Below, one piece after another: positions 11,930-24,567 of a stretch of DNA of 64,000 bases (positions are counted from its first letter, which is position 1; the number at the start of each line of letters is the position of its first letter). The stretch is taken from positions 552,545 to 616,544 of the forward strand of contig MU057416.1 of the NCBI GenBank assembly GCA_013265495.1, read 5' to 3'. The position numbers and the translations under genes are program-made. The DNA comes from Vicugna vicugna (Eukaryota). The notes under the pieces were generated by a model. The model had not been told where the DNA came from. It ran no database searches and saw nothing but the letters and a program-made list of their open reading frames with translations.

Positions 11930-13692
11930 TAAAAAAAAAAAATGCACTCAAAATCCTTAACATAGTACTTGGTGTTCAGCTGCTGAAGACTCAATTGTGG
12001 ACAAGGAATAATTTTCAAAGTATCATTTTAACATTGGCATAACATGAAAATATCTTGATACAGTTTATCTTTCTGAGTCTACTGATCCAAGCTGGGACCC
12101 CAAAGCCAGTAGGGTAGGGGATGATCTGAAAGCAAAGATAATAAAATAAAAAGGAAACCAGTTTCTCAGCTGCAAAACAGAGGGTGTGGGAAAGTAGTAG
12201 CCTTGGAAGACAGGCTAACGTCTTGGGAGAAAATTACCCAAACTTCTTCCTCCCCGCTGCCCTCTCCCACTGGAACATATTAATGACTAAACCACCTCTG
12301 ATGTGGGTGGAGAGTGTGCATCCGTGCCTGTGACAGCCGGGCACTGCCCAGAAGTCAGTCAGCAAGGCAACCAGAGGGGCCGAGCACCCCATCGGTGACG
12401 GGCACCCAGGGCGGAGGCGGCCCCTCACCTCCTCTCGCAGCCCAGCCGGAAGGGAGGGGCTGCACCGATCACCCGTGCTCACTAGACAATTCTTTCCACT
12501 CCTCCAGCGCCTGTAAACGAACACTCTAGTTTTACAGTTTTTTGTATTTTGCTTTTTGGTTGTCCCCCCCCCTTTTTTTTTTCAATCCAGAGTGCTCTAC
12601 TTAAGCAAACTTCACTACCAGGTTTGAGTGATTTTGGCCCAGATTGGTGGTTCCTTCCTTAACAACAATAACAATCAAATAAATAAACAAAACACAACTT
12701 AGCAAACTATAGAGGGCCAGGGGCCTGGGGGTAAGCTCTGACAAAACTTAAAAAGTACATTTTCTGTACATACTCTGGTTAAGTGTGAAGAAATTGCAAG
12801 TCTCCAAGAAAAACTCTCTCCCCCTTCCCAGTTTCCCAGTTCCACCTTTTACATGTCGTTTAAATTGGCTACATCTTTTAATAAGATTTTATCTAGGTAC
12901 CTAGTGAGTAGTATTTTGGCGGGCATCAGATGATGCCTTGAAATAACTAGCCTGGCTGGATTATTTAATGTTTTAATTCTTTTCTTTCCTTCCCTCCGCG
13001 TCTTTCTTTCTCTTCCTCTCCTTCAGCACGTGGTCAGCTCTGTGCTCAGCGCCTCGGGGCAGGGATATGGCAGAGAACACAAAAATCAGCGGCTGTAACT
13101 TCATTCTTTTTCAAAAAATGAATTTGCTCATTAATGCTTTCAATATATAGAGCTCCTGAGAGAATTCCAACGTGGTAACATCTTTTCCCCCTAAAATACG
13201 TTAGAAGAGTCGTGTCAGCTCATAACACACCCTCATATTCATTTAGTCAACAAACAAATGTGTGTGTGTGTGTTGCTGCTACGTGCAGAGCATTCTGGAT
13301 GCTAAAGATAAAACAGCACAGGATACAAGTCCCATTTCATGGGGAGGATGGGACCAGACAGTGAAAATAACAGCAAATAGATACATGATAAAACATGAGG
13401 TGTTGCCTTGATACATTTTTTTTTCCTTTTTAAAAAACTTTTTAAAAACTTTTTAAAATTTTGTGGGGGGGGTTAAATTAGGTTTATATATGTTTTAATG
13501 GAGGCACTGGGGGCTGAACCCAGGACCTCATGCATGGTAAGCACGTGCTCTACCCCTGAGCTACACCCTCCCCCGCCTTCATGAATTCTCTTTACCGAAA
13601 GTCAGCCTCAAGGAGGGGAAGGAAAGTTGGGACATGGACACGCAAAGACAGAGAGCCCCGCTAAGAAAGGGCGCCCCCAGAGAGCGCTCCGC
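11923..13692 (+). repeat. Copy 2 of the 1.77-kb direct duplication
   Basis: Aligns to 9894-11664 at an offset of 2028-2030. Confidence 0.98.
13418..13574 (-). mobile_element. tRNA-derived SINE (duplicate of 11390-11546)
   Basis: Same sequence, lying within duplication copy 2. Confidence 0.85.
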
Positions 13693-14010
13693 ACCGCCCT
13701 CCCCGCCCGCGCGCCCCTCCCAGGCCTCCCGCCGGGCCTGACGGCCGCCCCCGGCGCGCCTCTGGGCGCCGCTGCCCGGACTCCTCGGCCGGTGTCCCGG
13801 CTTCCGAGCGCTGGCGCCCTCTGATCGACGCGCATCTGTCCCCCAGCCCCTCCCGCGCCGCCCAGCCAACCCCGGCTTCCTTGTCAACCTGCAACGCAGG
13901 CACCCCTTTGCCGGGGACGCCTCCGATCTCACCAGGACCCCCACGAAATGCCACCGAAGCGCAGGCGGGAAAGGCGCATCGCTCAGTTCTACGTTCTGCG
14001 AACATCTAAT
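13693..14010 (-). promoter_or_regulatory. CpG island, right part: putative GC-box promoter
   Basis: CpG-dense with CCGCCC (Sp1-type) boxes in accgccctccccgcccgcgcgcccctccc. Confidence 0.65.
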
Positions 14011-14429
14011 CGTTTACCCGGTCTCCGCCCACAGACTGTGAGCTCCCTGAAGGCAGGAGCCCCGCTCACTCTCTGTGAGCCTCCGCCGCCCCCAACAGTG
14101 CCTGGCCTGGAAGAGGCATCCGGTGCAGGTCGGTTGAACCGAATAAAATTATCTCCGCAGAAATCTGGCGACACTTCAGGAATCTTTCAGTGGGAATCTA
14201 ATTTTAGAGAATCCAGATGTTTCCAGGCAAGCAAACGAACGTGCCAGTAATTCTTCAGGGGCCATCAACGTATACTTTGATGAGTGTAAGGACTTCTCAG
14301 ACGCCGCTTCACAGATGGGGATGTGCAGGGCTGGCCCCGAGACACTGTAACTATGAGGAGGGGCCCTTCAGTTCCCTGCTCAGTTGTCTGTCATCAGCAC
14401 AATCACGAGCACCCCTTGCGAGTGTGCAG

Positions 14430-14620
14430 CGCCTCATGGCACGTGAAGAACCTCCTTACGCATAGCAGCCCCGAGAGAGGAACAGGGTGGGCGCTGTCGT
14501 CACCACTTTATAGACTAGATAACGGAGGTTCAGAGACTGAGTATGTGGTCCAAGACCTCAAGCCTATTAACCTGCAAAGCCAGGACTGACCTGACTGGTT
14601 AGTCTTTGATCCATGCTGCC
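14430..14620. mobile_element. MIR SINE fragment
   Basis: caccactttatagactagataacggaggttcagagactgagtatgtggtccaagacctcaagc resembles the MIR core. Confidence 0.55.
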
Positions 14621-14900
14621 TTGTGAAAGTCAGAGGAACTAGGAGTTTCTAATGCAACTGACTTTTTTTTAGTTTCAAAACTAGATGTAAGATGAACCGA
14701 CAGAAAAATGGATAAACAGGTGAAGATTTCTGCTACATACCACTGCTTTGAAATTCCCCAAATACATCCAACTGCAACCAACTTCTAGTAAATAAATGAG
14801 TAATGCGTGAGAGTTGCTACTGAACTTCTAAAGGCAATGTCATGGCTAGCCAGCTGTTCTCAAACATGAACACAGAGCTGGCACAGCTAAACTGGGCGAA

Positions 14901-14967
14901 AGGAAGGAAGGAGGGAGGGAGGAAAGGAAGGAGGGAGGGAAGGAAGGAAGGAAGCAAGCAAGCAAGA
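14901..14967 (+). repeat. (GGAA/GGAG/GCAA)n purine-rich simple repeat
   Basis: Direct read of the sequence. Confidence 0.9.
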
Positions 14968-17739
14968 AAGGCCTTCTTGATCTTATTCTCTGTCTTCTCT
15001 CTAACTTTGCACTCTACATTATAAGCTTAAAGTAACTAATCTCCCGATAAATCTATTCTTTGCCCCTGTGTCTTACTTCTTGTCTCAGCTGTCAAGTACC
15101 ATAAAGGCACCATTAATATCTCATTCATTCTCATTAACATATTCAATAAACATGAACTGAATGCCGGTTGAGTGCCATGAATCTGAGACACTCTGGCACT
15201 GCGCAGGTGAGCAGGACCCAGCTGATCTCAGCTCCTGTGAAGAGCAAACCATCCAGCGGAAGAAGCAGGCCACAATGAAAGCAGTGTTTCTGAAGGTTAC
15301 AAAAATACATGACACCACAGCGGTGGCCCAATGAAGGACAAAAAACAATCAGTTCAGCTTGAACAATTCCAGTAAGTCATCAGAGAGGACCCACGTGGCC
15401 CTCAAGCTTCCATTTCACCCCACCTCACCAAGCACATGGTGCGTAGTAAGTGAACAATAAATACATGGTGATCAATAATGACCCAACGTAGTCCCAGCTA
15501 GTTATCAAACCATCACACCCCTCTCCTGGAGGCATTAGCCTGTAGCTCCACCTTAGTTTGTGGAATTAACTTTATCTCTCTATTCTACAAAACTCAGGCA
15601 CCAGCAGAAATCCAGCAGGGGCGACACTCTCGGGAGACACCCCTCCAGCTCCGCTCGGCAGCCAACGCCACACCTGTGCGCAGGTGCGAAGCCGCGGCTC
15701 ACACGCGCTTCACTCTGAATGAGTTTCCCGCCCTCTTCCGGAAACTGAGAGCCTCCTACACAAGAGAGGTCTGTTTCTTGCCCAAATGAGGCATTTTCTC
15801 TATTGTTCTAGGTTAAAAGAGTAGTAAATAGAGGTTGTTCCCACATACCCATTTCTTAGCCGGATGAATCAATGTGAAACAACAAAGGACTGATGATTAC
15901 TTAAAATCTTCTGGGATCTCTTAGAGTTGACCACTGAATTAAATGTGGCTTCTTTTAGGTGAAGGCTAGTAAACCAAACGAACTATTATATTTTTATTTT
16001 TTCCTCCGTTGCTGTCATTCCTCTGAACATTTGCTTTAAAGCAAATTTTTTTAGTAATGTTTTTTAAAAGACAGTAGGAGAGCAAAAACAATTCTGATGT
16101 TTAAAAGTTTCATGTTCCCCTAAATGGAGTCCAAAGCTTTCGAAAACTTATATTTGTGGTTCCAGGAAATTCAAATAAAAATATTAGTGTCTGAAGACTT
16201 CAGTAAATTCCCCAATGGAGCTATGGCCTTCTGGAACAAAAGAGAAATACTTTTTGCCCTTCGGGTATATTTCTTTTGCACAATTCCTATTTTAAGAATT
16301 GCCTAGTGACACGGACTCTGGTGTTGTAACACTCGCTTCCTAGTATAAATAAGTCTGAAAGCCCAGCTCACATACAAACGCGGGGCTGGATGCTCAAATG
16401 CTAACATGAACTCCTTTTCCGTCATTTGCCCTCATCCTCCCTACCCGCTCTCATCTCAGCCCCTAACTAATTATCACAGTCTGAGAAACAGAGATCAAAA
16501 GACTGAAATATTAGTGGTATTTTGGAAATAAAAATACATGGAATCCAAATGGATAAAACCTTTATCTGAATCTTGCTAACATGACCACATTGAACGATTG
16601 CATTAATTTCTGTCAATGGTTTCGCTGTTCTTTTAGTTTCATGACTTCTGCCAAAACAATATGTCCAAAAATGGGGTAAATTTCTTGCAAAATAATTAAC
16701 ATAGTACTCCATATATAAAAAGTTTCAGAAAAACACTTTTATTCTCCCCAAAAGTTTATGTGAAAATCTAAAATATTAACTTGTAGAATATTACTTTAAG
16801 CCAGTGAGGTAAATAGCAAATAAAATAACCCTGTTTTCAATTTTTATCTAGGTCAGATGAAAGCTGAAATGATTTGCTACAAATTAAATTGCAAGTTAAT
16901 GACATGACAGCTAGAATGTTCTTTATTTTCTTCTTTTTTATGTGAATAAATATTACATTAGTATTATTATTCCAAGACTAGTGAATTCAGAAACAATTCA
17001 ACTATGCTTTCATCATTTAAATAAGGATGCCTAATGATCACATATTAATTTACAGTAAGTTCTCCAGAATAAATATGAGTTTAAACTTAATGACGTAGAC
17101 AATCAGTCTTCAAAAGTAACATATCATAGAGGGGAAAAAGCAATGAATGACAAATCAGAAAGATCAAGACTTTAGTGGTCCATCTGCCACTCTCCAGCTG
17201 TGTGGCCTGAGAGAATTACAAAATATCCAGTCAAAAGCAAAACAAAACGAACATGAATACAGTTATGACTTCCTGAAAATCTCACTGAGCTTTCATGGAA
17301 TGCTAGTGTGCGACGGTGTGTAAGGAGCTGTTGCATACACTCGACAGACAGCAAAGTGGAAATCTAAATCCATTTACAGGACTGGAGACTGAAAGACTGA
17401 AAGGGGACATACTGCCCACAGAAATAATGGCTAAGACTTCCTGAACTCTGGCTGTACGTCAAGTACTAAGTACTTTCCATCCACTGACATCTTCTTCCCC
17501 AGCACACGGCAGCGGAGGAAACTGATGTTCCCAGTTCTTGGCTCATACTCTCTCCTCTGCAGAATCTCTGCATTCGAGCCTGGGTGCCAGATTGTCAGTC
17601 ATGCACGTGCTAACACCAAGGTGTCACTACAAAATAATCTCCAGCGGAATGAGGCTGAAGTTTCAGGTAACAAATGCTAAGTTTTAACTGTTTTAGTCCT
17701 ACTATTTCTCTCCTTCTCTCTCATGAAAGATGAAAGACT

Positions 17740-17787
<48 letters not shown>
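17740..17787 (+). repeat. (GATA)12 microsatellite
   Basis: Direct read of the sequence. Confidence 0.95.
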
Positions 17788-20362
17788 TTCCTACTTCTAG
17801 GTATCTGTTTATGGCCAGAATGTCTATAACCAACCGAGCTGCCCATCCTTGAAGAAACAGTCAATACTCATATATGTGTGTATTAGTTAAGTGACTTTAT
17901 GCTTCTCTCAAGCTGAAACTTAATTCATTTACAAATGGACTATTGTGACATCTAAGAATGCTTTTTCTCTAGAATTTTTTCTAAATTATTTTTTCCTATA
18001 CCTTAGGAAACAAGAAAACAAGTATAATATTGTTTCATCAAGAATACAATGTGAAGGGGTAGCTGATATCATCTGGTACCTTTTGTTGAAAATGTACAAA
18101 TTTTTTAAAAACAAGAGATTACATTGGCTTTGTTTAATGCATTATTATACTTAGCATAAAATTCTGAATTAAAAACTTTTTTTGTACTTATCTTAAGGTA
18201 TCTAATTTTGTGCTGCTTAAATAAAAGCCAGCTATTCAGAAATTCTTAGAATAAATACGTCATGCTCTTTAATAGCTATGCCTTCAGTAGTGAAAGGTGA
18301 ATTAATGTAACCACTTAATACTTTGTAAATGTTATTCTGAAGAAGTGAAGACTTCATTTTTTGCTTAGCTATCTTGGTTCCAAGGAGATCAAACTTAAAG
18401 TGAACATGCAGGTTTGGGTAAATAAATGTCACAGTATTATTTACAGAGTGTTAAATCTCTACATAGTCTAATTTAAAATATGTTCAATATTTATAGTATG
18501 TATTATAATATCAATATTACAGCAATATCAACTTGCTGAGAGTCTTAAATAAAATGCTCAACCAACTAATCTATGTGTATGCAACAGCCACTCTAATGGG
18601 CCCAATATTGTTCTAAGTGCCAAGAAGACTATACCAAATATTTAAAAAGCCCCTGCCCTTCACAGCTTATAACTGAAGGAGGAAACATTATAAACATGGA
18701 GTCATTTCAGACTCTACTAAGGTGTATACAGTTAAGTGTTAGCCCTGAAGGAGTTGCCCATAAATAGAATATAGAGACAAGAATCTGGGGTGGAATAGCT
18801 TTTCAGAGACATAAAATTTATGTTATCTAATTCTACAGAGTCTCTAACAGAAACAAATTATAAAATCCTATATTCTCTAATCTGAATTCATGCATTCAAT
18901 AAACATTTTAAAACCCCTGTTACATGCCGGGCTTTATGCAAAGCACTGTGGGGAGAACAAAGACAATTAAACCAACAAGCTATTTGGGAAGGAAAAGACA
19001 CGTAGAGCAGTAAGAATCACACAAGTCAGAATGTATCCACTGCAGTGACGGCCTGAGGAATCCAGGGAGGGGAGGAGGCTCTTCCAGCTGCAGTAAAAGA
19101 AAGATCCAAGGGCATCTGGCTGACAACTAGAAGTGATGGAAAAGGTGTTTTCAGGGAAGGACACACGAAGAAGGAAGAGTAAGAGCAAAGACACACGGGG
19201 AGGAAACGAACTCCCTTGGGGGACGTGGAAGCAGGGAGGTTAGGGTGCCTTTTAGTCAAGTAACCAAGCAACCCAGACTTGCGTCCTAATTCGCCAAGGC
19301 CACCAGAAGACACGTATGCATAGAGGCAGAGACCAACCACAGGACAGTCCTTAGTCGCTCCAGGCACATCGGAGAGTCCAGATGGCACCAAAGAGAAAGA
19401 GAGTTGCCTCTCTGGATGGGCTGCTTCAAATTAACTGACTAAGATTGCATTCCTTGAAAATGACGCTCAGTGGGTATCCTTTATCTTAACCAATTCATTC
19501 ATTCGACAGCTACTTAAGAACATTTAGTGTTTAGGGCACTCCTAAGTCCTCGGCGTGCGTAGTTGAGGAAAGCAAAGACCCTCAGGAGGGCCCAGCTGCC
19601 CCTCCTACTCAGCCAGCCGTCTAAGAACAGGTGGGAAAGGCTTCATCAGCAGAGGATGCGTCGAGGCCGAAGACGACGTGAAGCCCCAAGACGCGGCGTG
19701 GCCCCCGCTCGGTGCCCGCGCGGCCCGGCCCGCCCTGCCTCTGGCCGCAGTGCCATGCTCCTGCTTCGGTCCGCCCCCCAGCCTCCCTCGCTGGGGCGAC
19801 CGACGCATCTGGGTTTTCTTCACATGTCATTCCGCTCGGGGAGACGGGCAGGATCTCTCTGTCTCTCTACCTCCCTCTCTCTCTTACTCGTGTAGAACAT
19901 TCCTGGAGGATGCTTCCAACCAGATCATAATATTTTCTCTAGAAAAATATGTATGAATCAGGAACACAAAGATTAAAACTGTGTTCAGTATGGACCGTGG
20001 ACCAGACAAAGGCAAATAAGAAAAAAGACTCAGATTAAGTGAGTATTCATTGAATGTCTTCTCTCCCGAGGCAATATACTAGAAGGTAAACTAAGGACCT
20101 GGCGGAGAAACGATCAGAGGGAACACTCGCAGGACCAGGCCGCTGCAGACGTGGGGTGGGGGGCACTCCAGGGATTCGGCTTCTCACCCACGGAGCTGCC
20201 TGCAGAAGGACCAGGTCGTCAGCAGAAACGCGAGACTAGGAGCACGAGCAGATGTGGGTTCTGTTGGGAAGTGTGGGGTAGGAGGCCTCTGAGGGGCAGC
20301 CAGCAGGCTTGGGAATCAGGCTCCCAGTTTGGGAGTGAGGTCAAGACTAGTTGTCCAAAGGG

Positions 20363-20461
20363 ACCCCAATGTTCACAGCAGCACTATATACAACAGCCAA
20401 GACATGGAAACAACCTAAATGTCCATCGACAGATGACTAGATAAAGAAGATGTGAGACTGA

Positions 20462-20509
<48 letters not shown>

Positions 20510-20970
20510 CACATGATGGAATACTACTCAGCCATAAAAAGAATAAACTATTGCCATTTGCAGACACATGGATTGACCTAGAGATTATCATACTAAGTGA
20601 AGTAAATCAGATTGAGGAAGACAAATATCACTTACATGTGGAATTTGAGAAAAGACAAATGAACTTATTTACAAAACAGAAACAGACTCACAAAGAAAAC
20701 AAACTTATGGTTACCAAAGGGGAAAGGGGGTGGGAAGGAACAAATTGGGAGTTCAAGATTTGTAAATACTAACTACTATATATAAAATAGATAAACAAGT
20801 TTATACTGTAGAGCACAGGGAAATATACTCAATATCTTACAGTGACCTATAATGGAAAAGTGTATGGAAAGGAATGCATGCGTGCTCAGGGACAGTCAGC
20901 AAGCACTGTGCTGTACACCAGAAACTGACACAGCAGTGTAAACTGAATAGACTTCATTAAAAAAAAGAAA
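20363..20970 (+). mobile_element. L1 3' end containing an (AC)22 microsatellite at 20463-20506
   Basis: accccaatgttcacagcagcacta...ggaatactactcagccataaaaaagaat...ggggttcaagatt-type motifs and an A-rich tail. Confidence 0.92.
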
Positions 20971-22129
20971 ATCAGCCATCCGCGCTTGGCATTTATGACT
21001 GAGAGCAGGTCACGTGAAGCTCTGGGAGCAGGTGCGGTCACCCAGGGAGGGGAAGATGAGGCTCAAGGCAGAGCGTCTGGGAGCCTCTCCATGAAGGGGA
21101 ACAGGAGAGACTAGAAAAAGCGAGAAAGAAAGCACAACATAAAGATGACAGCAGAGCTCCTCTGATGGAGGACGAGCTAGGATATCCCTTCAGGGGCCTT
21201 TCCCCAGACAGGCGCGCTGGACTGCGTTCTGCAAACTGATCTTCAGCAAGCATGTTCGACACAGGATCCATACTCATGAAATGCTCCGTTTTTGTTAAAC
21301 CATAAAATGTGTCTGTGGAAACTTAATACACATCTGCATGACAAATAATAAGGTTTTTAAAAAACAGTTTTCTTAAACCAATGTATCCTTTCTTCTTGTT
21401 CCTCCTAGGGACATGAAGTCAACTCAGTTCATCATTCACATCAATGGAAAATATGGGAAAGTAGGAAAAAATGGAGAAACCTATTTTATTATTTATAGTT
21501 TTGGGTAGCATGTGGGGAATAATAGTTCGACTGTTCCTCTAAGGCATCCTTGTATCTGACAGGGGGATGTTCAGGGCAGTGAAGTGACTCACAGGATTTT
21601 GTTAAAGACACATTAAGTAACTTTTCCCTTTCTCTGTTTATATTTATGCCAGATACATAAAACTGTATTAACAGAGGACAGGATGCGACACTGCATTTAA
21701 AACAGTTCCTGTCACCACACCTCCAATCACTGAGAAAAATAACAAAATATATCACAGAAATTGAAAGAGAGTATAAATCCTCCCCAGGTAGGTGTAAACC
21801 CTTCAAGAGAGCTAGAGAGATCAAGTGTCAGGGCTCCACAATGGATTTCCTTTTTTTTTTAATTTAGAAACTATTAGAAATCCTCAAAAAAATATATTCT
21901 GTAGACACGGGGATTGGCGTCAGATTACAAGAAGATGGAGCAGTGAGTGGGGAGAGAGGACGCAGAGGTAGAAGGTGCAGAATATTCTTTTACAAGGTGC
22001 AACACTGCAATGGAAAATACAGGATTTTAACTTAATGAAATGACAAGGTTGTGGAAAGGTTTTTCTTTTTTTCCCAACATAGTAGAAATTTTTTAAATGT
22101 TTGTTGATTGACTGTCTGATTGAAGGGAT

Positions 22130-22344
22130 GGAGCAAGTGACCATGTAATAGACAGTACTGTCCCGATCTCTCCCGGCCTCCCTTGAGGTTAGGTGTGGTT
22201 CACATGACCTGTTCCAGACAATGAACTGTGGGTGGAAGTGACATGTGTCAATCCAGGAGTGGGTCTGCCAACAGGTCTTTTCCACAGCCAGGATAATTCT
22301 GAATTCACAAGATGGAGGAGTCCTGGATCCCTAAGCTGCCAGAT
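22130..22344 (+). mobile_element. Old MaLR LTR fragment (MLT1J-like), 5' part; the probable remainder is at about 23252-23360
   Basis: cctcccttgaggttaggtgtggttcacatgacc...ggaagtgacatgtgtca matches old MLT1 LTRs. Confidence 0.6.
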
Positions 22345-22854
22345 GTATTAGTTATCCATCGCTGCATACCAAATTACCCACAAGCAGATATCCACACCTC
22401 ACAGTTTCTGCAGGCTGGGGACCCAGGCCCAGCTTAGCTGGGAGACTCTTGTTCAAGGCCTCCTGTGAGATTGCTGTGAGGCTGCGCTCCGGGGCTGCCA
22501 CCGGCCCTGAAGGCCCAGCGGCGGTGCGGGAGGACCGACTTCCAAGCTCACCCAGGCCTGCTGACGTGCTCTGGCCCCTTGCTCTGGGTACCTCTCCTTA
22601 GGGGTCACTTATAACGTGGCGGTTGGCTTCCCCCAGGGATAAGTGTTCCAAGAGAAAGTGGGCGATGAAAGCTGCAGCCTTTTATAACCTAATCTTGAAA
22701 GTGATACTCTGCACTTCTGCAGAGTTGTAGTTACTGAAGTGAGTCAGCAAGTTCAATCCCCACTCGAGGACAGGAGATAACTGAAAGAGACGCAGAAGGG
22801 ATAAATACAAAGAGGCAGAGATCGTGGGAGACCATCCTTAAGTCTGCCTACCAC
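22345..22854 (-). mobile_element. MaLR solo LTR (MLT1F/G-like)
   Basis: Starts tgtattagttatccatcgctgcataccaaattaccc and ends ccatccttaagtctgcctaccaca (TG...CA termini). Confidence 0.8.
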
Positions 22855-22889
22855 AACCTGCACCGCCAGGTGAAGGGGGATACCCAATA

Positions 22890-23251
22890 AAACGGTCGGA
22901 ATGTTTGGGACCTCCCGAAATTCACATGTTGAAATCTTAGCTTCCAAACTGGTAGTATTAAGAGGTGGGACCTTATGGAGGTGACCGGGGCATGAGGGTG
23001 GACTCTTCACAAGTGGAGTTAGTGCCCTTACAAAAAGATGGCCAAGGGAGCGCCCTCGCCCCGTCTGCCCTGCGAGGTTACGAGAGAAGGAAGTTGGCCA
23101 CCAAGGAAGAGCTGGCTCTTAAGAGACACCCAATCTGCTGGTACCATGATCTTTGGCTTCTCAGCCTTCAGAACTGTAAGAAATAAATCTCAGTTGCATG
23201 TAAGCCACCTAGTGTATAGCATTTCGTTTTAGCAGCCCAGATGGACTGACA
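22890..23251 (+). mobile_element. MaLR solo LTR (MLT1A/MST-like)
   Basis: aaattcacatgttgaaatc...tattaagaggtgggacc...agaactgtaagaaataaat...tagcagcccagatggactgaca. Confidence 0.85.
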
Positions 23252-24154
23252 TCCAGCAACTCGCCACTTTGGAGGAATAAGAAGAAAAATTTGTTTCATG
23301 CTCTTGAGATTTTTGAGGTGGTGACTTCGGGTATGGCTTCATCTATCATGACCAATAAAAGCTCTAACAGGAGACAGAACTGAACTGAACGATACAAAGG
23401 CAAGTCATGAAAGTACATGGAGTCGACATGGAATAAGAACACATCAAGTTTGTGTTCAAATACTACGCTCAAAGGTAACTCGTGTGCTACTTTAGATTAC
23501 TGTATGACTGTACCCATATGACTAGGAAGACCGTCCTTTTTTTTTTTTTAATTATTCTTACAAAGTATCAAACAGCACCTGCACTCCTAAATGACATGAG
23601 TATGACAGAATCTTTCTCCGTGGTCAGCATCTATGGTCGCCTGCTCGTGACTGTTAAGCATGTCTGCGGACTCTACAAACATGGTTCTGGGATCGTCCCA
23701 CAGCCCGTCAGCACGACAGTGCAAGGAGCAGATCTTCTCCACCTCCCCCTCCTCGTCTTAGCTACCCAAACTGATCTGACTCTTCTTTTCACACCTCAAG
23801 TTCTGATCATCTAAAGTAGGTCACTGTAGCATCTGAAAAACGCACAGTAGCTCTGTTCAGAGAGGGTGTGAAGCCAGACGCTTCTAAATCATTCAGAGGG
23901 AAAGCCAGCCCTGGGAACAGAAACGCGGAGTGTGCGCGCGGAGTGCTCCGGCAGCACAGCAAGCCACCGCCCAGCTCCCTCCGCACCGCGGGCAGTGACC
24001 GTGACCTTCCGCGTGACTTCCACGCGGCTTCGGTGTACGCTGAGTTTCGTCCTTATGAGACGCCTCAGCGTCGTTCTCTTGCCGGGTAGCTGCCTGTCGT
24101 ATCTCACGGTGCCGGGGCTGGAGCCCAAGCCCCGAAAGACACATCGAAGCGAGG

Positions 24155-24567
24155 CACTGGCTCAGATACCCCTCCTGCAAATTTCACGTCCAGCTGGAAC
24201 CCATGCATTTGGCCTTATTTAGAAAAGGATTCTTTGCACATGGAATCAAGTTAAGATGAGGTCATGCTGGATTAGGTCGCGCCCCTGTAAGAAGAAAATT
24301 TGGACACAGACATGGACAGACAGAGGGAAGGTGCGGTGTGAAGACAGAGGTGGAGATCAGAGCAATGGACCCTCGAGGCAAGGAACGTCAAGGAAGGCAG
24401 CAGCCTCCGGAAGCTGGGAGAGAGGCCCTGAGTCTCCGGAAGGAACCGGCCCTGCCGACACCTCGAGTTTGGACTTCTCGCCTCCAGAACTGGGAGAGAA
24501 TAGCTGCCTGTTGTTCTAAGGACCCCGTTTGTGGAATTTGAAGTGGCGGCTCTAAGAAACTAATGTA
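24155..24567 (+). mobile_element. MaLR solo LTR (MLT1B/C-like)
   Basis: aagttaagatgaggtcatgctggattagg...ggacttctcgcctccagaactgggagagaat...aagaaactaat. Confidence 0.8.

Noticed and set aside
11551..12042. Overlapping Arg/Pro/Gly-rich ORFs of 104-155 aa
   Set aside because: Stop-poor GC-rich CpG-island DNA that also crosses the duplication junction. No recognisable protein.
16120..16230. Strong minus-strand acceptor (tttctcttttgttccag) at 16230
   Set aside because: The frames examined close within about 20 codons and there is no clear donor, so it is not supportable as an exon.
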